64,000 nt of DNA, from positions 220,162,001 through 220,226,000 of the forward strand of contig OZ024741.1 in the NCBI GenBank assembly GCA_964016885.1, read 5' to 3'. The notes under the pieces are model-generated. The model ran no database searches, had not been told where the DNA came from, and saw only the letters and a program-made list of their open reading frames with translations. The stretch's first letter is position 1, and each line of letters opens with the position of its first letter. Shown piece by piece: positions 1-14,052 of the stretch. This DNA comes from Eledone cirrhosa (Eukaryota). The position numbers and the translations under genes were made by a program.

Positions 1-1010
1 CCTCCTGTCCTGTGGTCCTAACACGCCATCATATGTAGGTTTATTAAACATCTCTCCTGTCCTGTGGTCCTAACACTACATCATATGTAGGTTTATTAAA
101 CATCTCTCCTGTCCTGTGGTCCTAACGCGCCATCATATGTAGGTTTATTAAACATCTCTCCTGTCCTGTGGTCCTAACACGCCATCATATGTAGGTTTAT
201 TAAACATCTCTCCTGTCCTGTGGTCCTAACAGGCCATCATATGTAGGTTTATTAAACATCTCTCCTGTCCTGTGGTCCTAACACGCCATCATATGTAGGT
301 TTATTAAACATCCCTCCTGTCCTGTGGTCCTAACACGCCATCATATGTAGGTTTATTAAACATCTCTCCTGTCCTATGGTCCTAACACGCCATCATATGT
401 AGGTTTATTAAACATCTCTCCTGTCCTGTGGTCCTAACACGCCATCATATGTAGGTTTATTAAACATCTCTCCTGTCCTGTGGTCCTAACACTACATCAT
501 ATGTAGGTTTATTAAACATCTCTCCTGTCCTGTGGTCCTAACACTACATCATATGTAGGTTTATTAAACATCTCTCCTGTCCTGTGGTCCTAACACTACA
601 TCATATGTAGGTTTATTAAACATCTCTCCTGTCCTGTGGTCCTAACACTGCATCATATGTAGGTTTATTAAACATCTCTCCTGTCCTGTGGTCCTAACAC
701 AGCATCATATGTAGGTTTATTAAACATCTCTCCTGTCCTGTGGTCCTAACGTGCCATCATATGTAGGTTTATTAAACATCTCTCCTGTCCTGTGGTCCTA
801 ACACGCCATCATATGTAGGTTTATTAAACATCCCTCCTGTCCTGTGGTCATAACACTGCATCATATGTAGGTTTATTAAACATCTCTCCTGTCCTGTGGT
901 CCTAACACGCCATCATATGTAGGTTTATTAAACATCTCTCCTGTCCTGTGGTCCTAACACGCCATCATATGTAGGTTTATTAAACATCCCTCCTGTCCGG
1001 TGGTCCTAAC
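1..1010. repeat. 52-bp tandem minisatellite, about 19 copies (runs off the window start), decaying to about 1145
   Basis: Unit CTCCTGTCCTGTGGTCCTAACACGCCATCATATGTAGGTTTATTAAACATCT repeated head to tail. Variation is mostly at one 4-nt site (ACGC/ACTA/GCGC/AGGC/ACTG/ACAG/GTGC). Confidence 0.97.
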
Positions 1011-1184
1011 ATGGTGTATTACGATGCATGTTTATTAATTTTTTCTCGTGTTCGGTGGTCTCATAACATGGTGTCTTATCGCGTATGTTTATGTAAGTCT
1101 ATTGTGTCCGGTAATCCTAATATGGCATATTATGCATGTTTATTTACGTATTAAGTGACGACCCTCTGCCAGATCCATGTAAAT

Positions 1185-1410
1185 GTTCTGGAGCGTTTCA
1201 TCAGAGATGTTTAAAACATATTCTTAGCATCAGCTGGCCCTGAGAGAAATATTTTTAGGAGGGCACAGTTGATGGCACAGAAGCAACGTTTATGTTGGAA
1301 CTTACATCAATGAATGATCAAATGATTTAGAAATGGATGCTTTATGGCCACCGTGTATGGTGAAAACACCCTCAACACAAACCAAAGCTGTAGTTTAAAG
1401 ACAGGACGAT
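1185..1410 (+). mobile_element. Highly decayed RTE-like LINE 3' fragment
   Basis: With one frameshift it reads LERFHQRCLKHILSISW, then QRLCW and ..MLYG, matching the post-RT LERFHQRCLRRIL.ISW / RLRW / LLYG motifs of RTE-clade ORFs. Confidence 0.5.
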
Positions 1411-2685
1411 GAAAATCCCTCTTTGAAAGCATTTTAACTTATTTTGATAGCCACTAATGAAGAAAATGGGCAAATTATGCTGCCGATGTTTTTGAAAAAG
1501 CAAACATTTCCCATGAAGATTTTAAGTCAACTGCACACGTTTATTGTGCAGAATTTAAGCAAGCTGCACCCTTTTCTCATGTAGACATTAAGGAGGGTGC
1601 ACATTTTAAAAGAACTGCATACATGTTTCTCGGAAAGTGTTTCCAGCTCAAATTATGGGCTGAAAACATTTGAGACATGTGAGAGCAAATTAGAAAGAGA
1701 TGCTTTTAATTGCAAACAAAGAAGAAAATGAAAAAAGAAGGATGATGCGGATGTTATTTTTTTTTCTTTTTTGAAAAATCACACATTTCGTATACATAGT
1801 TTAAGTGAGCTGCACGAATGGACACGATTTGTGAAGTGGAATATGTAAAGTTGGTCTGATGATCGGATATGACTTGCATCCATGCCAGGTCGATAAAAAG
1901 TACCTGTCTAGAACTGGGGACGATTCTTCCACTTTATCTTTTTCTCATTTACTTTCTCTCACCTTCTAACTTTCTCTAAAAGAAATCTGCGGTTCACGTT
2001 TTTCTCTCATTTCTTCAGCCTACTTGAATTGGTAGTTTTTTTAAACTTTATAGAGTTCATTCAGTTGAAGAATAACACGTTGATCCTCTTCATAGTCTGT
2101 CCACTGAATAACAACACCATTCTTATTTGAATTAGCATGGACTCCATTAGCTGTTAAACTGTTCGATACTGCAAGTTATTGGAAGGTTAACTTCTTCAGC
2201 CTTATGTAAAGAACAAGAGTGACGGAAATATATATTCTACACTCCGCATCCAAATAGTTTTTTGCTGTTTTTCTAAACATTATATTGATTTAATCTTCAA
2301 AGAGGTAGACAGACAATAGTCAGTTTTCAAGAAATCCAAGATTTTTGCAACATTATTACGCAAGTGGAGTATACAAAATGGCTTAACTAAAGGACTTGAT
2401 GCTTAGACACTGATTATTTCACAAAACCACAATATATTTTCTAGTAGGTACTACACGTAGCGATGGTTTGTAAATCTAAATGTTGGTTAAACAATATATA
2501 GATACCATGTCATGCCAGAATACACTTCTATATGTTGATGTGCAGAGATGATGTTTGGTTTGTGATAACCTTGAGGTTTTCAAGATGCACTATCGAAAAC
2601 AGGGATCTCTTCGGACACGAATGGTCAACCATCATGTGTGTGTGTGTCATTGTAAATATGTATTTAGATGGCTATATATATATAT

Positions 2686-2751
<66 letters not shown>

Positions 2752-2779
2752 ATGCGTGTGTGTGTATGTGTCATTGATT

Positions 2780-2863
<84 letters not shown>

Positions 2864-2951
2864 ATATATATATATATTTATTTAAATAACAAATTAAAGT
2901 TTAAGCAAAGAATCGCTGCTTTCACCCTTAACGGGATCTTTTGAAACTCAA

Positions 2952-3304
2952 AATTCCATTTATGGGAACAGCTAGGTGAGGAAAACGGAGTATTTGTATC
3001 AAAATAAAGATCCGAAGGCCTGGTATAAATTTCCAATCATTTTAATCACGATACATGTTTCAATAAGAGATAGATCACAAGAGTGAACATCGATAATTTT
3101 CTCCCTCATATCAAGGATTTGAAAACAATTCATTTTCACCTGACGAGATCAGTGATAATCGATCTTGGCTACACGATCGATCTATCTCTTATTGAAACAT
3201 GTGTCGTGATTAAAATGATTGGAAATTTATACCCTGCCTTCGGATCTTTATTTTGATACAAATACTCCGCTTTACATCATCTAGCTGTTCCCATAAATGG
3301 AATT
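2952..3304. mobile_element. Fold-back element (about 125-bp inverted arms) carrying a type I hammerhead motif
   Basis: 2952-3076 is the near-perfect reverse complement of 3179-3304. Flanked by (TA)n-rich DNA. Confidence 0.8.
3136..3209 (+). ncRNA. Type I hammerhead ribozyme-like motif
   Basis: TCAC (stem I) CTGACGA ...long stem II region... GAAAC ATGT GTC GTGA (stem I'). Canonical core with GUC cleavage triplet. Confidence 0.65.
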
Positions 3305-3440
3305 GGAAATATACAAAAGCGTGGATAACTTAATATTGCTATCAACAATTTATTGGACCGTTTGACACAACCAATAATACACCTTACTATATAACAATAT
3401 ATATATATATGTGTGTATATATATATATATATATACACAC

Positions 3441-3518
<78 letters not shown>

Positions 3519-3641
3519 GGAGGTGAGTAATATTGTAGAACAATAAAACAATGCATATATCAGATAAGTAGCGCTCAACAGTTGGTAGAACTGGAGTATA
3601 TATTAAAAAAGAAATTAGAAGATGGTTAAAAAAGTTCCATA

Positions 3642-3711
3642 TATTTTATTATGCGCATTTCGAAAACAACATCATCCTGGGACAAAAATTGTGTTCTCAT
3701 CAGATAAAATA
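3642..3711 (-). ncRNA. Type I hammerhead ribozyme-like motif with palindromic stem III
   Basis: Minus strand reads TATTTTAT CTGATGA GAAC...TTTC GAAA TGCGCA TA ATAAAATA. Second copy at 5793-5863. Confidence 0.7.
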
Positions 3712-4035
3712 AGGTAACATGATATGAGGCCTAAAAACACTTGTGAACAAGAAAGTGTACAGTCAACATATCATAAAAATATAAGAGAAGGGAAAAAATA
3801 GGAAAAATGAAGAAAAGGAAAGAAGAAGGAAAAAGGAAAAAGAAATAGAAGAGAGGAAGAAAGAAGGAGGAGAGAGAAAGAGAAAGAGAAAGAGAAAGAG
3901 AGAGACTTTTGATCAGGAATGCTGTCAAAATGAAAACAGCTGTAAATAACGGCTAAAAAAAAAAAAAAATAAATTGATGAGGTGTATGTGCGAATATTAC
4001 AAATATTAGAGGTCTAGAATATAGAAACTGGGTAT

Positions 4036-4222
4036 TGGATTGGCAGTATCGGTAGAGGGTCGGACGCCATGTTTTAACGCATAGAGTTACGGTCCTTGGC
4101 ATTCTGAGTTCAAATCCCGCCGAGGTTAACTTTGCCTTTCATCCTTACGGCGTCGATAAAATAAAGTACCAGTAATGCACTGGGTAATTGCTGGCCTTGT
4201 GCCAAAAGTAGAAACAATTATT
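4036..4222 (+). mobile_element. tRNA-derived SINE (main family of this window)
   Basis: A-box-like TGGCAGTATCGG, B box GAGTTCAAATCC, body GCCTTTCATCCTTACGG.GTCGATAAAATAAAGTACCAG, tail GGCCTTGTGCC.AAAGTAGAAACAATTATT. More than 20 related copies in the window. Confidence 0.9.
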
Positions 4223-4362
4223 TTATATACTTAAAATAAAATAAAATAATATATATATATATATATGATTAAAAGTTTAACAAGGTTCAATGAATTCATC
4301 AAAGAATAAAGTTCCACCATAGATTATAAGCACTCTACAAAAAGGTTTTCTGGAGTTATTAA

Positions 4363-4587
4363 TATTACTTCAAAATATTAATAAATATAGACATTCATGT
4401 GATCAAATATATTTTATTATACATATGCCATGACTAAATTATAACCATCAACATAGTCAAGGTATGTCAGGCATCAACTTATTTTATCTGATGAGGACGT
4501 ACTGTTGAAATAGCTCAGTATCTCTGAAATATGTATAATAAAATATGTTTGATCACATGAATGTCTATATTTATTAATATTTTGAAG

Positions 4588-4591
<4 letters not shown>
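4363..4591. mobile_element. Fold-back element with a hammerhead motif at 4480-4545 (+)
   Basis: Arms 4363-4426 and 4529-4591 are reverse complements. Motif TATTTTAT CTGATGA GG..TACTG..CAGTA.. GAAA TATGTA TA ATAAAATA. A further partial arm copy lies at 4672-4718 beyond the (TA)n tract. Confidence 0.7.
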
Positions 4592-4675
<84 letters not shown>

Positions 4676-4744
4676 CTTCAAAATATTAATAAATATAGAC
4701 ATTCATGTGATCAAACATATATATATATATATATATATATATAA

Positions 4745-5030
4745 ATCTGAGCTGTATGGGAGCCTCCCAAAAGTCCGCTCAAAAGTGACACAGAGCAGAC
4801 CGAGGTTAGCTGGACATGCCCACCGACTTCCAGAGTTGACATTGCACTCAGTGCTCCTGTGGGAGCCCCTGCATGGACACACTGGAAGATGAAGACCGAG
4901 GTTAACGTATGTTGATGCCCTAAGGACAGACACTGGTCTGTTGGAGACGCAAAACATGGCGGTGATAATGAGGGACAGAGACCGCTGAAGAGAACTCATC
5001 CATGGATCTCGGGAATTTTACCCGCCCTAG
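4745..5030 (+). mobile_element. RTE-type LINE 3' fragment
   Basis: LYGSLPKVRSKVTQSRPRLAGHAHRLPELTLHSVLLWEPLHGHTGR*RPRLTYVDALRTDTG...MRDRDR, the typical RTE C-terminal RLAGH / LWEP / GRP..TY.D motifs, with stops. Confidence 0.75.
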
Positions 5031-5119
5031 AAATATATACACATATTTGTAGAAGTGGATGGATACGTTGGGCAGGGAGCATAATATTTACTTGCTATAC
5101 CTTATAGCGTGGAAATAGG

Positions 5120-5200
5120 GCTGTCTGAAGATTCATTTCTTTCCATTGGAAATTCGTTGGATTTCCAATCTTTCGGAATGATGAAACCGTCGGTAACAGC
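5120..5200 (+). ncRNA. Type I hammerhead ribozyme-like motif
   Basis: GCTGT CTGAAGA T TCATT...AATGA T GAAAC CGTCG GTA ACAGC: 5-bp stem I, intact core, stem II with internal hairpin TTGGAAAT/ATTTCCAA, GUA triplet. Confidence 0.72.
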
Positions 5201-5693
5201 ATCTGAACAGGTGATTATTTAATCATTTTTTAATTTATTTAGAAAGTTGTTTAATAACCGTTTGTTTCGCTACTTTTACACATATTTGTATGTATTTGTT
5301 ATTGCCAATATGGGTTTGTTTTTATTGATTTATTATTTTAAATCGAGACAGGCAAACTGTATTAATTTAATTAGTATTTTTCAATCTAGCTAACTTGGTC
5401 ATTTACAATACAAACACTTATGTGTTTATCATATATTAATTTATATTAACTTGTATGTATATATGTGCATGTATGTATGGTGACAAAATAGATATGAGCT
5501 TGTTAAACAGATGAATGGGTGGCTACATATATATAGGAAGTTATAGGTAGCTAGGAGGGTGTAACTATAATATCTATATATATATCTATCTAACTATATA
5601 CCTATCTACCAATCTACATATCTACCTGTCTAGCTTTCTACCTAGCTATCTACCTATCTATCTATATCTGTTGCGTGTATATATATGGGTCTG

Positions 5694-5746
<53 letters not shown>

Positions 5747-5792
5747 ATATATATAATATATAAGATCAAAAGATGGTTAAATGAGTTCCATG

Positions 5793-5863
5793 TATTTTAT
5801 TATGCGCATTTCAAAAACAAATATCATCATGCAATAACATTTGTGTTTTCATCAGATAAAATA
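5793..5863 (-). ncRNA. Hammerhead-like motif, paralog of 3642-3711
   Basis: Same ATTTTAT-CTGATGA...GAAA-TGCGCA-TA-ATAAAAT layout inside a diverged copy of the same repeat (about 5770-5900 vs 3620-3750). Confidence 0.6.
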
Positions 5864-5915
5864 GGAGGACATGATATGAAGGTTAAAAACACTTGTGGAT
5901 AGTGCAGTTTTAAAT

Positions 5916-8320
<2,405 letters not shown>

Positions 8321-8559
8321 TAACCCTGCATCAGCCACGGTCTAGTAGACATATGATGAATGCCGTTCTATCCATGACCATCCTGCTAGTATTGTCGATA
8401 TCATGTAACCAGGATTATAATATTTCAATAACTTTTATTTTCTATTTTATTTTTTTAACAACGGAAGGGTGTGATTTGCGGGAGATGTAGCTTCTATTTC
8501 TTGCGGGTTGTGCGACCCACATACCGGTTTCTACGCTGACTCGGTAGTATTATTATTGA

Positions 8560-8744
8560 CAGTATTGGTAGAGGGTCGGACGTCATGCTTTGACGTATAG
8601 AGTTACGGCCCTTTCCATTCTGAGTTCAAATCCCGCCGAGGTTAACTTTGCCTTTCATCCTTACGGGGTCGATAAAATAAAGTACCAGTAATGCACTGGG
8701 TAATTGCTGGCCTTGTGCCTAACGTAGAAACAATTATTATTATT
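8560..8744 (+). mobile_element. tRNA-derived SINE directly abutting Tx1 copy A
   Basis: Full SINE body ending GAAACAATTATTATTATT, immediately followed by the LINE 5' end. Confidence 0.9.
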
Positions 8745-8963
8745 GGTCTGTGCGGACGTCTTTTGTGATCGCTCCCTGTAAGTCGCTTTATTTACCTGTT
8801 ATAATTATTTGTTGTTAAATTTTTCTTGTTGTGTAAGGGATATAAGCCCTTGGACTTTGCCCTGTGAAGGGGAAAGTATAATTTTTGGGCCTTTTGGCCC
8901 AAATATTTGAACAATATTTAAACATTTTACTTTTGAAAATTTAAAAGAAAAACAAAAAAAAAC

Positions 8964-10341
8964 ATGGATAAGACCTGTAACGGCAGCAATAATGGTGCTG
9001 CTAAAAAAGGGGCCACTTCTTTCGCACGTGTGGCCCGAAATATAGAGACAGTACTAATCACGGAGGATGAGATGACAGTCGCAAGAGCCATGGTGTCCAG
9101 AAACGACAATAGAGTTTCCCTGAAACCTCCAACCGATATCTTCAAAGACCAGCAGCTGCGCACGGTGACGTACCGCACCGTAAGCAAAATGTCACATCGG
9201 GTGGAGGGAGCCACGGAGGAAACCTTAAAGAGTGAGAAGATAGTCTTGGTGCCCTCCTACTGCGGGCAGAAAATTGTGAGGGTCAAAGTGACCCAGGTCC
9301 CGCCCGACGTGCCCATACCTTGGCTGTCCGCGTCTGTATTTGCTGGAATCGACCACCATATGCTGGAGAAGACCACCATACTGCAAATACAGAGAATGTG
9401 AAGAGAGAACTGGTCAGGAATAGGCATGCAAATGCTAATTTCAGACTGACCAGGAGTGCATCGAGGCCATCCCATACATCATAGACCTGGAAGAAGGACT
9501 CCAACTCCCTATAAGTGTGGAAGGAAGGCGCCCAAAGTGCGATATCTGTGGGCAGAAGGATCACCTCAGGGCCTTCTGCCTGCAGAAGACAGCCAAGTAG
9601 AGAGCCCCCTCCTTCCGACACCTGTTCCGCTGCTACTAAGAGAATGGTAGGCAACAGAGGCAGAAGACACTTCCATTGTGAGTAGGAGTGCAACGTCCGT
9701 GGCACCCATACCAAGTCCACGGACAACTAAAACAGCGGCAGCAGTGGCGGCAACACCAACAGTCGCAGTAGCTACGCCGGCGGTAAAATCGCCGGAGAGG
9801 GCTCCAGTACCACCACCAACAGCAGTGGAGCTCATACCACTCCCAGACGCCACGGAATCCGACATGGAGTATGAGGCGGGAGGGAAGTGGCAAACAAAAA
9901 AGGAAAAACCCCTTAGCTTCACCGTCCAAAAGCGAAGGCAAACAAAGAGGGGTAAAGGCTGCAAGGAGACTTGTAGCAACACCATCACAAGAATCACCAC
10001 CAACAACAACCACACCACCACAAGCATCACAAAAAAACACCAACATCGCAAACAAAACAAAACACACACACCCAACAGCAACAACTAGAAAATAGCAACA
10101 AAATCGCCCCTTCCCCCCAAAAGTACACAGCCATAAACATGGCAAATAAAGAACTAGTACAATACATCACAGAAAAAAACTACTACACCCCACCAACACC
10201 AAGAACTCTACCGGCAAACATAAGGATCATTGAAATCAAACTAGAACATTACAAACTTTTAAAACAAAATTCCCCAACGCAGTTGGAGACTTCAGAGTTA
10301 CCAAGAGGATATACACCGACATCTTCTTGGAAACACCCATG
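8964..10341 (+). pseudogene. Tx1-type ORF1 (gag-like, zinc knuckle), disrupted
   Basis: PSYCGQKIVRVKVTQVPP aligns with PSHMGKRIARVRIPRIPP of copy B ORF1. CX2CX4HX4C knuckle. In-frame stops. Confidence 0.75.
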
Positions 10342-10427
10342 ACCAGCCAAAGGGAGGGTTCTACTGTCCCTTCACAACACGGTCAAGGTAAGTGATCCTT
10401 TCTCACTTACCCCGTTTCTCATCCAAC

Positions 10428-12709
10428 ATGGCCGTACTTAGAATAGGCAGTATAAATGTACGTGGCATGGGGTCATTTTGGATGCAAGGTCACCTGCTCA
10501 ACAACCTCTACAACGATGTAGACGCATCTCCCAGCCGTCCAGGATCGGGGGGGGGGGAGGGGTTGCCGTGCTTTTTTGGAGAGGCTTGAATCTCGCCATA
10601 CGGGCCATCTTCCTGGACCCAGAAGGTAAGTTGGTGGTGCAGGACGTGACCGGCAGCGAAGGCAATGCTTTCAGGCTAGTAGCCGTTAGTGGGCGACTGG
10701 AACGGTATCTTAGATGCACACTGGGATTATGTGGGGCTAGTAGACATGACAGGAGGGTGTAAAAGCCTCAACAACCTTCTCAGGCGTTTTGAACTGTCTG
10801 ACAGATATAGACTGGATGATCCGAATGTGCCAATGTGGACATGGGAAAACCGCATCGGGTCATGCAGATCGTATTTAGATAGGGTATTCTGTAGGGAAAC
10901 AGATAAGGCTAGTGTAGATTGTCCACAAATTAAAAGTAGTCGACTACACGGACCACAAATTGGTGATCTGTGAAGTTGACATCGATAGACTCCATAGGCA
11001 AGGGCCCGGCTACTGGAAACTGAACGCGTCGTTCCCGCGGCGCAAATCTTACAGAGACCGGATTAGCGAATCAGCGTGCGTTAATGGATGCGACCGTCAA
11101 CAACAGGTGGTGGTTTCCTCTTAAAAAGGGCTATTAGAGTAGAATCGATAAGGTTTAGCAAAGGAGTACTGTGAGGGTGAATGGTCACCTGTTGCAGCCT
11201 TTCAGCATCATGAGCTCGGTCCGCCAGGGTTGCCCCCTCTCGTTCCTCTTGTACGTACTGGCCCTCGAACTGTTACTTCACAAATTGGAAACGGTGAGGG
11301 GGTCCCACGCGAACTGGGATGCGGGAGATGCGTGTCAGCTTACGCCGACGACGTCACCGTAATGGTGTCGAGCACCAAACACGTCCAGATGCTCGGCACT
11401 GCTCTCAAGGAATACGAAACGGTCACAGATGCAAAGATAAACCAGGAAAAGTCGGTGGGCTTGCAACTCGCCACCAGGAGAGGCAAGTCCATGCCGTCCG
11501 ACAGCGACGTGGGGCGCTGGATGGAAGGACCGGTTAAATTGATCGGGGTCTGGTTCTGTCCGGACCTCCAGATGGAGAAAAACTGGAGCGAGGTGATGAG
11601 CAAGGTGGTCTCGCTCACCCAGAAATGGGCCGAGAGGACGCTGTCTCTTAAAGGTCGGGCGGAGGTGGCGAATGCGTACAGAGCGTCCCTCATCTGCTAC
11701 CTTCTGACCGTCTTACCTTGCCCCGGCCCAACTCTGACCAAAATGGAGCGCCTTCTCTTCCGCTTTTTGTGGAAGGGAGTGCTCCCATGGTCAGACGATC
11801 CATTTGCCGTCAACAACCGTTGCGTGGAAGACTAGGCATGCCGTGGCTGATGATGCGCAAACATGCGCTGAGGTGCGACATATCTGGTGCTTCCTTGACG
11901 GTGAACAGGTGTGGTCACCGTTTGCCAGACGCGTTTTTCCCCAGCTCGTCTCCTTGACGGAGCTGCAGTCCTGGATCAGGAAAAGACCGAGGGGTAGCGC
12001 TTGGAAGCTGGAATGTCTCCAAGCGCTCACCGCCCTCTACCAGCTGGGCACCAGTATCGGTGGAACATCCACCTCGGCGTTCTATAGAGGGCTAGTGGGG
12101 GGAAAGAGCGACGACGTTCTCGGGGAGACCCTGGTCGTCGAAGACGATCAGCTGTTCGCTCTCTTCAAGAGAACTTTCAGACCGGGGCCTATGGACAACT
12201 TCCAGAAATCCCTGGCCTGGCAGTGCTACCGGTGAGCGTTGCCGGTTCGGGATAAGCTCTACAGGCACGGAGGTGCTGTCAGCCGAGCCTGTCCGAGATG
12301 CGCGCAGGGCGACGAAAACGTCCTGCACGCTCTCGTTCAGTGGCCGAGGATTGCTGACTTGTGGAGCTATGTCTAACAGCTGCTGTCGCGTGTAGGACGG
12401 ATCCGGTTATCGAGTGAGTCCATTGTGCAGATAGCCCCGTCATCCTCCTTTAAAGTGGAGGAAGGGCAGTCAGTTTTCATCTGCCTGGTAGCCATGGCGA
12501 AGGGGATTTTGTGGTGGACAAGGTTGAAAGGGTTGAAGACGGACAATTTCCTCTCCGGCCAATCCCTTATTAACTTTTTCAAGTTTCACTTGAAGAGGAA
12601 AATCAGGATGGAGAGGCAAGTGCTGTCTTCTAGTAAGTTTGTTGAAAGGTGGGTGAAAGTGGTGAGTCTGGTCCGAGAGAACGGGCTCGCTCTGAGTATA
12701 CGCCTGTAG
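10428..12709 (+). pseudogene. Tx1-type ORF2 (APE endonuclease-RT), disrupted
   Basis: Fragmented ORFs at 10689, 11171, 11230, 11804 and 12425 all match copy B ORF2. Jump at about 11167 from SIRFSK to VRVNGHL marks the internal deletion. Confidence 0.9.
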
Positions 12710-12991
12710 ACTGAGGAGTGGGAAAACCGAGAGAGGGCGCTTGCCCTGGTGGTCAGGGTGGCCGTGTCCTTTTTGTGTGGTTTTCGCCACGAGTAACCCT
12801 CGGAGGTTTCCCCCTTTTTGTGGAATTTTTGTTGTTTGAATTTTTTTGATTTCTATCCCAATTTTGTTATAACCTGTTTACACGACCAAAACCCACTTTG
12901 TATCATCCTGTACTGTTCTGTGCCGACTCTAATGTTTTTCTTCGTGTCAGCCCTTGTGGCCAATAAAGAAACAATTACTAGTAGTAGTAGT

Positions 12992-13652
12992 ACAGGCACA
13001 GAAGTGCTGTCAGACGGACCTGCCCGAGATGCGCGCAGAGCGACGAAACCGTTTTGTACGCACTCGTCCAGTGTCCGTGCATTACTGACTTGTGGAGTTA
13101 TGTCGAAGGGATCCGGCTATCGGCTGAGCCCATAGTGAAGATCAACCCGCCGCCTTCCTTTGGCCAGGAAGGGCAGGCAATTTTTCTCTGTCTGGTGGCA
13201 GTAGCGAAATAGGTTGTATGGTGGACGAGGTTGAAAGGACTGAAGACAGACACTTTTCTCTTCGGCTAATCCCTCATCAACTTTTTCAAGTTTCACTTGG
13301 AAAGGAAGGTGAGGGTGGAGAGAGAAGTGCGGCCCCCCAGTACGTTTGCTGAAAGGTGGGTGAATGTGGCGAGAATGGCCCGTGTGAGTGGGCCTATTCT
13401 GGTCATGCGCCTGTAGGTGGGTAAATTTGAGGAGGAGAAGGGTGCCCTTCCAGGGTGCTCTCGAAGCATCGGGTCGTTCAGGATTGGTGGGGTACCTGAG
13501 CGAACCCTGGGTGGTCAACCCCCCTATTAGGGAATTTTTCTTGTATTATTCTTTTTAATTTGTTAATGTTATTCATATTTTTTACTCGATTATTCTGTAA
13601 AACCCCACTGTCCCAGTCTTTTGTATTGTCCCCTATATGTTGGCACTTGTGG
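12992..13652 (+). mobile_element. 5'-truncated copy of the copy-B LINE family (ORF2 C-terminus plus 3' UTR)
   Basis: Closely matches 18968-19656. Starts in the (TAG)n tail of copy A and runs into a SINE head at TTGTGG/GCAGTATCGG. Confidence 0.9.
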
Positions 13653-13842
13653 GCAGTATCGGTAGAGAGTTGGACGCCATGCTTTCTAGCATAGTTACGT
13701 CCCTTTACGGTCTGAGTTCAAATCCCGCCGAGGTTGACTTTGCCTTTCATCCTTACGAGGTCGATAAAATAAAGTACCAGTAATGCACTGGTTAATTGCT
13801 GGCCTTGTGCCTAAAGTAGAAACAATTATTATTATTATTATT
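13652..13842 (+). mobile_element. tRNA-derived SINE directly abutting Tx1 copy B
   Basis: Full SINE body ending in (ATT)6, then the LINE 5' UTR. Confidence 0.9.
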
Positions 13843-14052
13843 GACGAAAGTGGATGTACGTTTTTTGAAGCTCCGTGAGTAAGCAATTTTTTGAGGATTA
13901 ATTGTGGAGAATTGTTATTTTTTTGTACCGCTGAAGCATTATAAGACATTCATTTGTATCCTGTGAAGGAATAACTCATAATATTTGGGCCTTTTGGCCC
14001 AAATATTTGAACTTTATTTTGGAAAAATAATAATTTTTTTTCTCAAAAAAAC

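Larger units (their letters stand above)
8745..12977 (+). mobile_element. L1/Tx1-clade LINE copy A, near full-length but decayed, with about 1 kb deleted from ORF2
   Basis: ORF1 remnants from ATG 8964 with CDICGQKDHLRAFC knuckle (about 9538-9580). ORF2 from about 10428 (LRIGSINVRG, GDWN, YLDR, DH, RQGCPLS, YADD, CPRC) broken by stops and frameshifts, colinear with copy B. 3' end GCCCTTGTGGCCAATAAAGAAACAATT. Confidence 0.9.

Noticed and set aside
1460-2520. Possible host exons or pseudogene in microsatellite-free DNA
   Set aside because: Short open stretches with stops and no recognisable motif or convincing splice pair. A tBLASTx search would be needed.
4036-4125. tRNA gene calls at SINE heads
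   Set aside because: A and B boxes are present but too far apart for a normal cloverleaf, and they are always fused to the SINE body and tail.
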